This document shows, in pieces, positions 15,802 through 27,500 of a stretch of DNA of 64,000 bases (within the stretch, counting starts at the first letter, position 1; the number at the start of each line of letters is the position of its first letter). A program made the position numbers and the translations under genes. Source of the DNA: Anaeroplasma sp. (lineage in GTDB: Bacteria > Bacillota_I > Bacilli_A > Acholeplasmatales > Anaeroplasmataceae); contig JALEQD010000046.1 of assembly GCA_022768655.1 (NCBI GenBank), positions 10,437 through 74,436 of the forward strand. The letters run 5' to 3'. Below the pieces are notes generated by a model that worked only from the letters and a program-made list of their open reading frames with translations, ran no database searches and was not told where the DNA came from.

Positions 15802-16782
15802 TTATAATGCTCTTACTTTTGCTTCTATTTCAGAGCATATTTCAGGATTTGCCTTTAAAAATTCTTTAGCATTTTCTCTTCCTTGGCCAATTTTATTACC
15901 ATTATATGAAAACCATGCACCAGCTTTATTAATAATATTAGCATTTACAGCTAAATCAACTATTTCACCTAATTTTGAAATACCTTGTCCATAGATAATT
16001 TCAACCTCAGCTGTCTTAAATGGTGGAGCAACCTTATTTTTTACAACCTTAAGATTAGTACGATTACCTAATACATTTGTACCATCCTTTATTGCTTCAC
16101 CCTTACGAACCTCTAATCTAACAGATGCATAGAATTTTAATGCTCGTCCTCCTGTTGTTGTTTCAGGATTACCAAACATAACACCAACCTTCTCACGAAT
16201 CTGGTTAATAAAGATAGCAACACAATTTGTTTTATTAATTATACCTGCTAATTTTCTCATAGCTTGGCTCATTAATCTAGCATGTAGACCAACATGATTA
16301 TCTCCCATGTCACCATTTAATTCAGCCTCAGGAACCAATGCGGCAACTGAGTCAATTACAATAACATCAACACTTCCTGATTTAATTAATGCCTCTGCGA
16401 TTTCTAATGCTTGTTCACCACTATCAGGCTGAGATAAGATTAAATTTTCTACATCAACACCTAAATTTTTTGCATATACTGGATCTAATGCATGCTCAGC
16501 ATCAATAAATGCAGCAAATCCTCCTGATTTTTGTGCACTTGCAATCGCATGAAGTGCGAATGTTGTTTTTCCGGAAGATTCTGGTCCATAAACCTCAATT
16601 ATTCTTCCTTTAGGATAACCGCCAACACCTAACGCCTTATCCAATGAAATTGAACCAGATGGAATAACCTCAATCTTGCGATCAGCATTATCTCCTAATC
16701 TCATTACAGATCCTTTTCCAAATTCTTTTTCAATTTGCTTTAATGCAGCTTCTAAAGCCTGCTCTCTTGTATCTAAAGCCAT
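15802..16782 (-). CDS. recA: Recombinase RecA
   Basis: [25 protein letters not shown], Walker [10 protein letters not shown], and VIDSVAAL. The start is set at the ATG preceded by GGAGGTG rather than at the upstream Met in the ORF track. Confidence 0.97.
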   Translation of the reverse strand: MALDTREQALEAALKQIEKEFGKGSVMRLGDNADRKIEVIPSGSISLDKALGVGGYPKGRIIEVYGPESSGKTTFALHAIASAQKSGGFAAFIDAEHALDPVYAKNLGVDVENLILSQPDSGEQALEIAEALIKSGSVDVIVIDSVAALVPEAELNGDMGDNHVGLHARLMSQAMRKLAGIINKTNCVAIFINQIREKVGVMFGNPETTTGGRALKFYASVRLEVRKGEAIKDGTNVLGNRTNLKVVKNKVAPPFKTAEVEIIYGQGISKLGEIVDLAVNANIINKAGAWFSYNGNKIGQGRENAKEFLKANPEICSEIEAKVRAL

Positions 16783-16856
16783 AAAATACACCTCCATTAA
16801 ATAATAGTGTGTTTTTTCAATTTTTTTTAATTTTTTTTGAAATTTTTCTATTTTTT

Positions 16857-17447
16857 TTAAATTGATTCAAAAATTATTTTTCTACTATTCCAAAAATACT
16901 CAATTCCTGAGGCAATAGTTAATATTGCAGCAATATAAATAGCAATTTGTCCGATATAAATAATTGAAACATGACAACCACTAAAGAATAGTATACATAT
17001 TGCAATCATTGTAATAAATGTTTTCCATTTGCCTAGCTTTCCTGCCGCAATAACCTCACCCTTACCAGCAGCAACCATACGTATACCAGAAACAATAAAT
17101 TCTCTTAATATCATAACAACATAAACCCATAAAGGAATTAATGGTCCTACAGGAAGGACACCTGAATTATCTAGTAAAAATATAGTCATTGCTGAAAATA
17201 CTAGCATTTTATCTGCCAAAGGATCAGCAAATTTTCCGAATGTTGTAATTAGATTATATTTTCTTGCTATATAGCCATCTAAAAAATCAGTAAATGAAGC
17301 TAAAGCGAAAATGATAAATTCAAACAAATATAACCATGAAACAGATAGGAATGCATAATTATTTTTTAACCATGGAATATAATATATAATTATCATAACT
17401 GGAACTAAAAATATTCTAAGTAATGTAAGCTTATTTGGTAATGTCAT
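16857..17447 (-). CDS. pgsA: CDP-diacylglycerol--glycerol-3-phosphate 3-phosphatidyltransferase
   Basis: CDP-alcohol phosphatidyltransferase motif [24 protein letters not shown]. Located next to recA. Confidence 0.85.
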   Translation of the reverse strand: MTLPNKLTLLRIFLVPVMIIIYYIPWLKNNYAFLSVSWLYLFEFIIFALASFTDFLDGYIARKYNLITTFGKFADPLADKMLVFSAMTIFLLDNSGVLPVGPLIPLWVYVVMILREFIVSGIRMVAAGKGEVIAAGKLGKWKTFITMIAICILFFSGCHVSIIYIGQIAIYIAAILTIASGIEYFWNSRKIIFESI

Positions 17448-17575
17448 AATACATAGCTGAGTATATTACTCAACATATACCTCTCTTTCATTTATAAAAT
17501 AAATTATCAATAATTAGTATTTCAAATTATCAATATCCTCTAATGTATTATAACAAAAATTAAGATTATTAACAA

Positions 17576-17830
17576 CTAATTTCCACATATCTTTAAAAAA
17601 ATAGACTCTATTCCACCAAACACAAAATCAACAATATAATAACAACAATCATCTAAAATAAAAGCCATTTTTGAAAAAAGATTATTCTTTCCATCTACAT
17701 AATACGAATCCTCAATAACCTCCTTACTAGCCTCAACATCAAAATCAGAATTATTTCTTGTTACAGAAACTAAAAAAAACACTACAAATACAGCTATTAT
17801 CGCAATTACTATACCAATACCTTTTTTCAT
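17576..17830 (-). CDS. Small single-pass membrane protein, unknown function
   Basis: The start is moved to MKKGIGIVIAIIAVFVVFF, which has GGTGA upstream. One TM helix, then a Cys-containing tail. Confidence 0.4.
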   Translation of the reverse strand: MKKGIGIVIAIIAVFVVFFLVSVTRNNSDFDVEASKEVIEDSYYVDGKNNLFSKMAFILDDCCYYIVDFVFGGIESIFLKICGN

Positions 17831-17900
17831 TTTATCACCAATAAAATAATATAAAAAGCAAAGACAAAACATTGTTATATTATGTCTTGTCTTTGCTTAT

Positions 17901-18659
17901 TTATAATAATACAGTATTAATTGCTTTAGAAATAATATTTGATAATATTTCCATTGATTGATCAATATTATTAGGTGTCACATAATATGAATTATCTATT
18001 TCGTGAGAAAAAACCTCAATATCACATACAGTAGGTATTCCAATTGCTATAACCTCACAGCCTATCACTTTTTTAGAAATTTCCTTTCTAAAATTTCCAA
18101 CACCAGCACCAGGATTTATTCCTGCAGTTGATATTTGGATACTATTACACATTCTATTAGGATTATTACATGCAAGTGCATCAATAACTAATACCAAATC
18201 AGGCTTAAATTTAGAAACAATTGCCTTAATTATTTCACTAGATTCCATCCCAGTTTTTCCCATCACACCAGGCTCTAAAGCAGAAACTGAATATTTTTTT
18301 TCTTTTTCTAGATGTCTATTAACCTCTATATTATGTATAACTAATGGACCTAATGAATCAGGAGTAATATCTTTATTTCCAAGTCCAACGATTAATATAT
18401 TATGAATTTCTTTCATTTCATCAAATAGTTCATTTAATATATTTGCTATTTCATTAATAATTTTTTTACTTTTTTTATAATAATCAATATTATCAATTGT
18501 ATAATATATTCCTATATTTTTTCCTATAATTTTGGCACTTTTCTCATCTAAATTACATTTTTTGATATTCATACCATCAACAATTTTATCTATTTCATAT
18601 TTAAAACCTAAATTAACCTCTTCCACCTGTAGGTCCGTTCTACCCTTAAACATTAACAA
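17901..18659 (-). CDS. gpr: GPR endopeptidase (spore germination protease), short form
   Basis: RTDLQVE, VGLGNKDITPDSLGP, PGVMGKTGMESSEII, VIDALA and IQISTAGINPGAGVGNFR match GPR signature blocks. Its position next to rpsT matches Bacillus. Confidence 0.75.
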   Translation of the reverse strand: MLMFKGRTDLQVEEVNLGFKYEIDKIVDGMNIKKCNLDEKSAKIIGKNIGIYYTIDNIDYYKKSKKIINEIANILNELFDEMKEIHNILIVGLGNKDITPDSLGPLVIHNIEVNRHLEKEKKYSVSALEPGVMGKTGMESSEIIKAIVSKFKPDLVLVIDALACNNPNRMCNSIQISTAGINPGAGVGNFRKEISKKVIGCEVIAIGIPTVCDIEVFSHEIDNSYYVTPNNIDQSMEILSNIISKAINTVLL

Positions 18660-18727
18660 TCACCGATACTATTTTCTCACTTTTTCTATAATTAATACTA
18701 ATAGTTATCATTTTTTTTATTTTTTTC

Positions 18728-18756
18728 TTGCATTGAGATTGAATAAATGATATAAT
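18728..18756 (+). promoter_or_regulatory. Promoter of rpsT
   Basis: TTGCAT, a 17-nt spacer, then TATAAT. Confidence 0.65.
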
Positions 18757-18787
18757 CTTGATTGCATGTAATAGCGGAGGTGAAACT

Positions 18788-19051
18788 ATGGCAAACATCA
18801 AACAACAAATCAAGCGTGTTCATACAAATGAAAAGGCAAGACAAGCTAACATGGCTTTCAAATCATCTTTAAAAACTGCAATGAAGTCTGTATTCGCTGC
18901 TGTAGCTCTAAAGGATTTAGATAAGGCTTTAGCTGCATTAAGCACTGCTTATAAGAAGTTAGACAAGGCTTTAGCTAAGGGAATTGTTCATAAGAACTAT
19001 GTTGCAAGACATAAGTCAGAATTAGCTGCTGCAGTTAATACATTAAAGTAA
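18788..19051 (+). CDS. rpsT: 30S ribosomal protein S20
   Basis: MANIKQQIKRVHTNEK, with GGAGGTG upstream. The ORF-track start at 18758 is probably too early. Confidence 0.95.
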   Translation: MANIKQQIKRVHTNEKARQANMAFKSSLKTAMKSVFAAVALKDLDKALAALSTAYKKLDKALAKGIVHKNYVARHKSELAAAVNTLK

Positions 19052-19087
19052 TAGATTATTATTGAAAACTTTAGTTTTTCACATTAA

Positions 19088-19118
19088 GGATGCAATTAGC
19101 TTCCTTTTTTTCTTTTTT
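19088..19118 (+). terminator. Terminator of rpsT
   Basis: GGATGC ... GCTTCC stem (one mismatch) followed by T7CT6. Confidence 0.55.
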
Positions 19119-19127
19119 AAGCCATGT

Positions 19128-19151
19128 TAAAATGCCTACATCTGTAGGCAT
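19128..19151 (-). terminator. Hairpin just downstream of holA
   Basis: ATGCCTAC/GTAGGCAT stem. The U-tract on the minus strand is weak. Confidence 0.4.
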
Positions 19152-19154
19152 TTT

Positions 19155-20090
19155 TTATAGTTTTAAAAAATATAATTCTAAACCAATATTTTGGTCAACT
19201 TTTCCAGTCTTAATCTGATAATCAAGATCATTTAGCATACTTAAATTCTTTTTGATTTCATATATATCAACTGCTTTCGCATTTTTAAGCATATAATATG
19301 CTTTTCCTGATGATACATTAAATAAATCCTGTATATCAGCCTGTGTTATACCTGATTTAGCTAATATATTTACATTATACATTTCTTGAAATTTATTTAT
19401 TAATAATGAAACCAAAAAGGAATATTGAATGTTTTCCTTTTTAAAATCAGCTAAAATTGAAAATATTCTAGCTTTATCCTTTTGAATGACAGAATCTATT
19501 AAATTATATACATTATCCTCTAGTGGCGGTACAACAAGCTTTTTTACATCATCATCTGTTATTATCTTTTCTTGATATTTGTAGCATTCTAAAATATTAA
19601 TTGCTTGTTTTAATGATGCTAATGATGCAGTATATAATACTAGCAAGGATATTGTATGCTCATCTATTTGATAGCCATCCTTCGAAAATACATTTCTTGC
19701 ATATTCATCTAAAGGCATATTTTTTAGATTAATTTCAATGAATGATGAATATCTTTTAATCCTTGATAATCTCTCATTTTTTTGATCAAAGCCATTTAAA
19801 AAGATAAAAACTAAAACATTATCATTTTCCTGTGAATTCATCGCAGTTAAAAGCTCAACAAATGCTTTATCATTTGCCTTAATAATATTTTCTGAGGAAT
19901 TAATAACAATAAATTTAGGATTATCAAAAAGAGAAATTGTAGTCAGCTCATCAATAATAGGATATAATCCATCCTCTTCTAAATCATACTCAGAATAATC
20001 AAAATCTAATTTGATACTTTTTCTTATCTCTTCTATTTTTTCCTTTGCTTCTTCTTTTTCTTCAGCTGATATTATATAATTGTATGACAT
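19155..20090 (-). CDS. holA: DNA polymerase III delta subunit
   Basis: 311 aa. The call rests on size, the conserved position opposite rpsT as in Bacillus, and the general delta-subunit pattern. Motif support is weaker than for other genes. Confidence 0.7.
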   Translation of the reverse strand: MSYNYIISAEEKEEAKEKIEEIRKSIKLDFDYSEYDLEEDGLYPIIDELTTISLFDNPKFIVINSSENIIKANDKAFVELLTAMNSQENDNVLVFIFLNGFDQKNERLSRIKRYSSFIEINLKNMPLDEYARNVFSKDGYQIDEHTISLLVLYTASLASLKQAINILECYKYQEKIITDDDVKKLVVPPLEDNVYNLIDSVIQKDKARIFSILADFKKENIQYSFLVSLLINKFQEMYNVNILAKSGITQADIQDLFNVSSGKAYYMLKNAKAVDIYEIKKNLSMLNDLDYQIKTGKVDQNIGLELYFLKL

Positions 20091-20177
20091 TTTATTATGA
20101 GTAGACCAAACTCAATCTCACATCCTTAAAAAGAATTAATTTAATAAATGAAAATAATCCTTAGTCAATTAATTATA

Positions 20178-20906
20178 TCATAATTCATTGATACTTGAAA
20201 ATACATATCCTTCATTTATTACTCCTTCAATAATATCACTTAAATCCTCTTGATTATCCTTTGAAACAGAATGTAGTAAAATAATCGCACCTGGATGAAT
20301 ACGTGACATTACCTTGTTGTAGCTATAATGATTACCATTATATGTATCCTTATTCCAATCTACAAAGGCTAATGACCAAAATATAGATTTATAACCATTT
20401 GAAGCTAATAATTTTTGACTTTTTTCATCATATTCTCCTCTTGGTGGTCTTACAATTTTAGCCATTTTCTCATTTGTTATTTCTTCATATTTCTTTTCTA
20501 ATTTAGTAATATCATTAATTATCTCTTCATTAGTAGATTTAGTAAAATCCTTATGCGAATAAGTATGGTTTCCTATTAAATGTCCTTCATTTATCATTCT
20601 TTTTACAAGCTCAGGACTACTATTTAAATAATGACCAGTTATAAAGAAACAGGCTTTAATATTATGTTCCTTTAATGTATCTAATATTTTAGCAGTATAT
20701 CCATTTTCGTAGCCACAATCAAATGTCAAATATACTCTATTATCATCAGGCCCAATCGCATATCCATTATTATTTGTAATTATAGGATCATTAACATTTG
20801 GACGTATTCCCTTTGCATTCTTTCCAACTCCAAACCCCTTCGCGTTTACAGGTAATGTAACAAGCATCATTACAAATAAAAATATGATTTTTATTATTTT
20901 TTTCAT
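20178..20906 (-). CDS. pdaA: Delta-lactam-biosynthetic de-N-acetylase-like polysaccharide deacetylase
   Basis: YLTFDCGYENGYTAKILDTLKEHNIKACFFITGHYL, GNHTYSH, RPPRGEY, FWSLAFVDW and HPGAIILLHSVSKDN are nearly collinear with B. subtilis PdaA as I recall it. Confidence 0.75.
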   Translation of the reverse strand: MKKIIKIIFLFVMMLVTLPVNAKGFGVGKNAKGIRPNVNDPIITNNNGYAIGPDDNRVYLTFDCGYENGYTAKILDTLKEHNIKACFFITGHYLNSSPELVKRMINEGHLIGNHTYSHKDFTKSTNEEIINDITKLEKKYEEITNEKMAKIVRPPRGEYDEKSQKLLASNGYKSIFWSLAFVDWNKDTYNGNHYSYNKVMSRIHPGAIILLHSVSKDNQEDLSDIIEGVINEGYVFSSINEL

Positions 20907-20931
20907 TTTCTCACCTCATAATATTTATTTC

Positions 20932-21669
20932 CTACTTAAGAAAATATAAAATACCTAAATTTTTACAATTAAGCTTTATTCCTATTAAAAGGCCAATGAT
21001 AACAATATAAATATAAAGCATAAAAATAATATAAATTGATAAAAGACCATATATTTGTTTGAATGATTTAAATATATATATAAATAATATAAAGAAAAAC
21101 GTAAAAAGAAAAATAAATAAAAAAGTAAAAATAATACCGCCAAACAATCTTTTTATAGGCTTTTTAAAAATATTATGATTAATGAGATAAATAGATAAAA
21201 ATACAATTAACAAAATAAATAATATTGTAGCAATTATGTATTTTGAAAGTAAAATAGATAAAATACCTACCAAAAAATAAATTAAGCATAATGTAATTGG
21301 AACTGAAATAAGAGCTTTTGTTCTTTTTGATTTAATAGGATTTCTTGTTAAAATTTCACTTATATTCAAAAAATGATAATATAAGGATGAAGATGAATAT
21401 ATTGATGTTATTGCTAATAATAATGTTAATTTAATATTTTCTTGGGTAGTTATAAAATATAATAAAGTGGATTTAAATAATCCATCAAGCATATATTCAT
21501 CAATGAAGCTTTTTATTTCTCCAGGCAAAAAGGAAAGCATGCTGACAAATAAAAATAGAAATGAACCACTGTTTAAAATAACAAAAAAGCTTAATGCTGC
21601 AGCAAGTGTGGGTAGCTTTCCTTCTATTATAAAATAATATATTTTCATAATTATTTTCAAAATAACCAC
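20932..21669 (-). CDS. YihY/BrkB-family-like membrane protein
   Basis: 245-aa polytopic protein with an N-terminal LAAALSFFVILNSGSFLFL segment typical of YihY proteins. Confidence 0.45.
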   Translation of the reverse strand: MVILKIIMKIYYFIIEGKLPTLAAALSFFVILNSGSFLFLFVSMLSFLPGEIKSFIDEYMLDGLFKSTLLYFITTQENIKLTLLLAITSIYSSSSLYYHFLNISEILTRNPIKSKRTKALISVPITLCLIYFLVGILSILLSKYIIATILFILLIVFLSIYLINHNIFKKPIKRLFGGIIFTFLFIFLFTFFFILFIYIFKSFKQIYGLLSIYIIFMLYIYIVIIGLLIGIKLNCKNLGILYFLK

Positions 21670-21769
21670 CTTTTATATTATATACAACAATAAATATAAA
21701 TATTTTACCATAAGAAAAACCATAACAAATTGAAAAGCTATCTCAATTTATTATGGTTTTATTTCAATA

Positions 21770-23248
21770 TTATTCTTCTATTAATCTATTTGATTTTTTA
21801 GTAATATCATAAATATATTCTTCTAAGCCTTGGCTCATCCATTTATCTTCTAATCGATAACACCAATTACCTGTGGCTGTTGAAGGAGTGTTCATTCTTC
21901 CTTCATTATCTGATAAGCCTATATAATCCTGAATTGGAATAATACATGTATCAGTTGTTTCATTCATACAAAATTCTATTATTTTCAAATTTGGTCTATC
22001 AGTAAATTTAATATCACATAATTCATCAACAATTTTTTTATCTACTGAATTTAGTTCATTGTAGAAAGAAGAAATAAGCTGATTATCATGCGTTCCAGAA
22101 TAGAAAATATTATTTTTATCATATTTTTTCTTAAGAGGAATATTTTCTTTTCTATCACCTAATTCAAATTGGAAAATATTCATTCCTGGATAACCACATT
22201 TATCCATAAGCTCAAATACATCATCTGTTAATAATCCTAAATTTTCTGCAACTATTTCGCCCTTTGGACATGCTTTTTTTATTTCTTTAAATAAATTATA
22301 TCCAGGTCCTTCCTTCCAAGTACCATTTACAGCAGTTGTATTACCATATGGACTAGAATAATATCCAGCAAAGCCTCTGAAATGATCTATTCTTATAATA
22401 TCGAATAGTTTAAAAGAATGCTTAACTCTTTTTACCCACCAAGAATAATTATCTAAAGCCATTTTCTCATAATCATACAACGGATTTCCCCAAAGCTGTC
22501 CAGTTTCGCTAAATGCATCAGGTGGACATCCAGCAACCGCAATTGGATTTAAGCTACTATCAAGCTGAAAGTTTGTAGGTTCATTCCAAACATCACATGA
22601 ATCAAAGGCACAATATATTGGCATATCGCCCATTATTTTTATACCATTTTTATTAGCATATCTTTTTAATTTTTTCCATTGTGTGAAAAATAAAAATTGG
22701 TAGAATTGCCATTCTTCTATTTTGTCCTTATATTCATTTCTAAACCATGCCATCGCATGATCTACTTTGAATTTAAAATCATCATACCACAAATTCCAAG
22801 GCTTATTTTCATGTTCTTGTTTTAAAACCATGTATTCTGAATAAGGAATAAGCCATTCCTGTTCTTCTTTTTGAAATTTTTCAAATTTATCTTTTACCAA
22901 ATGCTTATTCAAATAAGCCTTATGCAAAATATTATATCTAGTAACAAAAAGCTTTCCATAATCAATTGTGTTTTGTTTTTCTTCAACTGGAGGAAGATCA
23001 TTTATAGATAATAATTTATCCTTGACAAGCTCCTCAAAATCAATGAAATATGGATTAAGCCCAAATGCTGATAGGGCTTGATATGGTGAATCACCATAGG
23101 AAGTTGGTCCTATTGGCAATATTTGCCAAATAGATTGTCCACTTCTTTTTAAAAAATCAACAAAATCATAAGCTTCACGTCCTAACGTACCAATACCATA
23201 TTTATTTGGTAAGCTAGAAATATGTAATAAAACTCCTGCTCTTCTCAT
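21770..23248 (-). CDS. malQ: 4-alpha-glucanotransferase (amylomaltase, GH77)
   Basis: RRAGVLLHISSLP, WQILPIGPTSYGDSPYQ, RIDHFRGF and YSGTHDN. Confidence 0.92.
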   Translation of the reverse strand: MRRAGVLLHISSLPNKYGIGTLGREAYDFVDFLKRSGQSIWQILPIGPTSYGDSPYQALSAFGLNPYFIDFEELVKDKLLSINDLPPVEEKQNTIDYGKLFVTRYNILHKAYLNKHLVKDKFEKFQKEEQEWLIPYSEYMVLKQEHENKPWNLWYDDFKFKVDHAMAWFRNEYKDKIEEWQFYQFLFFTQWKKLKRYANKNGIKIMGDMPIYCAFDSCDVWNEPTNFQLDSSLNPIAVAGCPPDAFSETGQLWGNPLYDYEKMALDNYSWWVKRVKHSFKLFDIIRIDHFRGFAGYYSSPYGNTTAVNGTWKEGPGYNLFKEIKKACPKGEIVAENLGLLTDDVFELMDKCGYPGMNIFQFELGDRKENIPLKKKYDKNNIFYSGTHDNQLISSFYNELNSVDKKIVDELCDIKFTDRPNLKIIEFCMNETTDTCIIPIQDYIGLSDNEGRMNTPSTATGNWCYRLEDKWMSQGLEEYIYDITKKSNRLIEE

Positions 23249-23253
23249 AAATA

Positions 23254-23979
23254 CTATTCTCCTATTTCCTTTTTAATTATTTCTATTAATTTTTCTTCTT
23301 CCTTTGAAAAATTATAATTTTCTAATAAATCAGGTCTTTTTAAATAAGTTTTTCTTAAGCTCTCTTTTTTTCTAAACTCATTAATCAGTTTATGATTTCC
23401 ATTCAATAATACTTCTGGAACCCTCATACCATCATATTCTATTGGTCTTGTATATTGTGGATATTCTAATAATCCATTTGAAAATGAATCATCCTCATGG
23501 GACTGTTTTGTTATGGCATTATCCAAAAGCCTTATAACACTATCAGAAATTACCATAGCTGGAATTTCTCCCCCAGTTAAAACATAATCTCCTATAGATA
23601 TCTCTTCATCCACATATTTTCTTATTCTTTCATCAAAGCCCTCATAATGTCCACATAATAATACAAGTTCTTCTTTTTCCTTAAGCTCTAACGCCTTTTC
23701 TTGATTGTATTTTGACCCCTGAGGTGTCATCATAACAACATGTGAATTGCTACTTGAATTATCCAATAAGCAGCGATGAACTACATCAACTGCCAAGACC
23801 ATTCCTCTTCCACCACCACATGGAGTATCGTCTACATGCTTATGCTTTTCTAAAGAATAATCACGTATATCTATTATCTCTATTGAGCAGACATTTTTAT
23901 CAATAGCTCTTTTTATTATTGATTCATTTACAAAGCCTTCAAACATTTTTGGAAATAATGTTAATATTTTTATTTTCAA
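23254..23979 (-). CDS. trmD: tRNA (guanine37-N1)-methyltransferase
   Basis: MKIKILTLFPKMFEGF, DDTPCGGGRGMVL and GDYVLTGGEIPAMV. Confidence 0.95.
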   Translation of the reverse strand: MKIKILTLFPKMFEGFVNESIIKRAIDKNVCSIEIIDIRDYSLEKHKHVDDTPCGGGRGMVLAVDVVHRCLLDNSSSNSHVVMMTPQGSKYNQEKALELKEKEELVLLCGHYEGFDERIRKYVDEEISIGDYVLTGGEIPAMVISDSVIRLLDNAITKQSHEDDSFSNGLLEYPQYTRPIEYDGMRVPEVLLNGNHKLINEFRKKESLRKTYLKRPDLLENYNFSKEEEKLIEIIKKEIGE

Positions 23980-24467
23980 AATAATCCCTCTATTTCATTG
24001 ACAATTATTTTATCATTTACATCAACAACAAATTCAGGAATAAATGGAACTAATACCTTTTTTCCGTTGTAATTAACTACTAAATAATCAGCCTGAGGTA
24101 ATTCTCTTATTTCAAGAACAACGCCTCTTTTTTCATTATTTTGATTAACAACCTCTAATCCAATTAAATCACTGTAATAATATTCATTTTCTTCTAATTC
24201 GTCATTACGATCAAGCTCAGAAACATAAATATCATCACTATGATATTTTAAAACTAAATTAATATCCTCTAAGCCTTTAAAGGAAACTAAATAATAATTT
24301 CCAAAAACAGAAGCTTTTTCTACTATAACCTCTACATATTCATCATTATGTAAAATAAATAAACGACTACCTTTAAAAAATCTATTAAAATCTGATAGAC
24401 CTTTGACCTTTAAATCGCCCTTAATACCATGAGTTGTCATAATATGACCGCATTTAAAATATTTCAT
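23976..24467 (-). CDS. rimM: 16S rRNA processing protein RimM
   Basis: 163 aa. HGIKGDLKV motif. Overlaps trmD by 4 nt in the canonical rimM-trmD order. Confidence 0.9.
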   Translation of the reverse strand: MKYFKCGHIMTTHGIKGDLKVKGLSDFNRFFKGSRLFILHNDEYVEVIVEKASVFGNYYLVSFKGLEDINLVLKYHSDDIYVSELDRNDELEENEYYYSDLIGLEVVNQNNEKRGVVLEIRELPQADYLVVNYNGKKVLVPFIPEFVVDVNDKIIVNEIEGLF

Positions 24468-24544
24468 AAATAACCTCTTCTACATTTATGATATTATTAT
24501 AATGCATTTTTCAAATAACAACAAGTGTAGATTAAAATCTAATC

Positions 24545-27500
24545 TTAAACATCTAATCTCTTTATTTCTGCGTTAATTAATGATAATAAATAAACATTTA
24601 TTTCCTTATTCCATTTTGTTTTTACATATTTTTTATATAATGCTAGCTGTCTAACATATTCACTACTATCAACATTAGAAAGCTTATAATCTATTATGTC
24701 AATATGATCATCATAAATTACTAGTAAGTCAATAATACCATGGTATTCAACATCATCAAATACTTCGTAAAATTCATGCTCATGATATGTTTTTGCTTCC
24801 TTGATTCTTTCAAAAATAGGATGCTTGAATACTTTTTTTAATGTTGTTTTAATAAAATCATTTGAAGGTAAGGACTCTATATCTAATTTTTTAAAGTCCA
24901 AAGCCTCTAGGGCACTATGGAATTCTAAGCCTAAATTAATATTATTCTTTACCTTTTTAGTAGGTAATTCATGCATTTCCTTTGAAATTCTTCCCTTTAT
25001 TACCTCTTTTGGAAGTGTTCTTTCATCATATGAGATAATTTCATTTCCTAATACTGAATTTGAAGAATAATTTTTCATTTTATATTGATAGGATAAATTA
25101 TAATCATTTAAATCAATTAACCTATATCTATCTTCAAAAACATTAATATGATCAAGCATATCTCTAAATGAATTATATAAAAATTCATTTATATTTTTTT
25201 CTTCCTTTTCCTCTAAAACAATTATCATTTTTTCTCTTGCGCGTGTTAACGCAACATATAATAATCTAACCTTTTCAGATATATTTTCCTTATTAAGCTT
25301 ATCAGTAATTAGCGCTTTTATAATTGTATTAGATTTACCATTATCATAAAATGGCATATATATTCCATAATCAGAGTGAAAACCAATACTTGCTCTAATA
25401 TCAGACTTATTAAAGCCAGATGATAATAATGGAAAATAACAATAAGGAAATTCTAAGCCCTTAGATTTATGAATTGTCATAATTTTAACACAATCACTAC
25501 TAGATGATTCAACCTTATATGGTAACTTTACATCACTAGAAAATACATTTGATAAATATTCACTTGCTTGCTCATAAGAATATGAAATATCTGTAAACAT
25601 ATTAAACATCGAATGTATATATTCAATAACAACAAGTGAGTTTGAAACATCACCAATATATGAAATCTTATTATATATATTCATTTTAGAAGTAATCTCA
25701 AAAAATAATGAGCTATAATCAATTTCTTTTAAACCTGCTAAATATTCTATGTCATCTAAAATATTATAATGTGTATCTAGGTTCAAAAGTCTATATATAT
25801 CCTCATCAGAATATTGATAAATAAAGCTTCTAGCAATACTTGCAAGCCCATGACGATATCTTACATCGAAATCATTGTTTCTAAATTTTGTTATTACTAA
25901 TAAAATATTTGAAAATAATTTCGGTAAAATTGAATCCTTTAAATCTAAATCGGCTTCGATTGATATAGGTACATTGCAATATTCAAATATTTTTTTAAAT
26001 GTCACAAAACTTGATGCTTTATCAATTAATATAGCAAAATCACCAAATGTAATATCATTAAAGCTTCCATTTTTAAATACTTTTACTTTTGAATCTATCT
26101 TCTTTTTTATTTCTCTTGCGATAACAAAGGCTTCGATTTCCTCCTTAGAATAATCAAAATCGTCTTTATTATATACTAAGCCTTCTAACTTAAAATTAGA
26201 TTCAGTATATCCTTCGTATGCTTTTAATCCATATTTCATTTGATGGCTAAGCATATAATCAGCATCACCACAGGAATTTGTCATCAATTTATTAAATAAT
26301 AAATTAATGTCATCTAATACTTCACTTCTTGATCTAAAATTATAGGTAAGATCAATCTTTATACCACCATCATTTTTTGAATATCTATCATATTTTTCTT
26401 TAAAAATATATGGATTTGCATTTCTAAATCTATATATGCTTTGCTTTATATCTCCAACCATATACAAATTATTATTTTCAATCGCTGATAAAAATGCCTC
26501 TTGAATATCAGAGGTATCCTGATATTCATCAACTAAAATTTCATTGTAATAATATTTTAATTCATTTTTTACATCAACATGATCAGTAACTAATGATATT
26601 GCATATTTTGCTATATCAGAATAATCAAAGCTCATTACGCTTTTTTTATATTCAAGTAATTTATTTAATAATAAATGTGATATATCTAATAAGAATATAA
26701 TATCCTCCTTACAAGATGATAATTCATCAAACATATCAGATTTAAACATATATTTGCTAAAATAATCACTTTTTAAGCTAGCTAATAAATCATTAGCTAC
26801 TTTTTTAGACTCTTTTACATCAAAGCTAGCCTTTGGATTTACTCTTTGAAGATTACAATTGTTAATATATTGATAATATTCTTCATATGTTGATAATGAT
26901 TTCAAATTAAGTAGTATTTCTTCTACCGATTCATAAAGTTTTTTAGAAGCATCATCACAGCTTGCATAAGATAGCAAATCAGACAATACTGAAATAAACT
27001 CATTAATCTTTTCTCTTGTCAAAATTTCATATTCATCAACAAATAAGCTTAGCTTTTTATCTGATAAATAATTGCTTTCATATTCTTGTCTAAATTTTTC
27101 AATATTGATAATTAAGTCCAATGAAGCTGATATTTTAAGTATAATATCTTTTACCTCTTTATCGTCCTGCTTAGCATATTTTTTTAAGAAATTTAAAAAT
27201 ATTAAATCATTATTGCTGTATAATTCTTGAAAAATAGAATCAAGTATTTCTTTTTTCTTTAATTCTATCAATGCTGAATCCATTATAGTTAAATTCTTTG
27301 ATAAATTTAACTTATAATAATACTTTTTTACTAAAGCTAAGCTATATGCATCAAAGGTTGTAATATATGCAGAGTCAATATATTCGACCTGCTCAAATAG
27401 CTTATTTTTAATAAGCTTGCTTCTAATTCTTTCTTTCATTTCTAAGGCAGCCTTATTAGTAAATGTAAGAACTAGAATCTTTCGAATATCTCCACCATTA

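Noticed and set aside
15666-15869. 67-aa plus-strand ORF with a GTG start
   Set aside because: It runs through the recA terminator and into the 3' end of recA on the opposite strand. It is Lys/Leu/Ile low-complexity sequence and is probably spurious.
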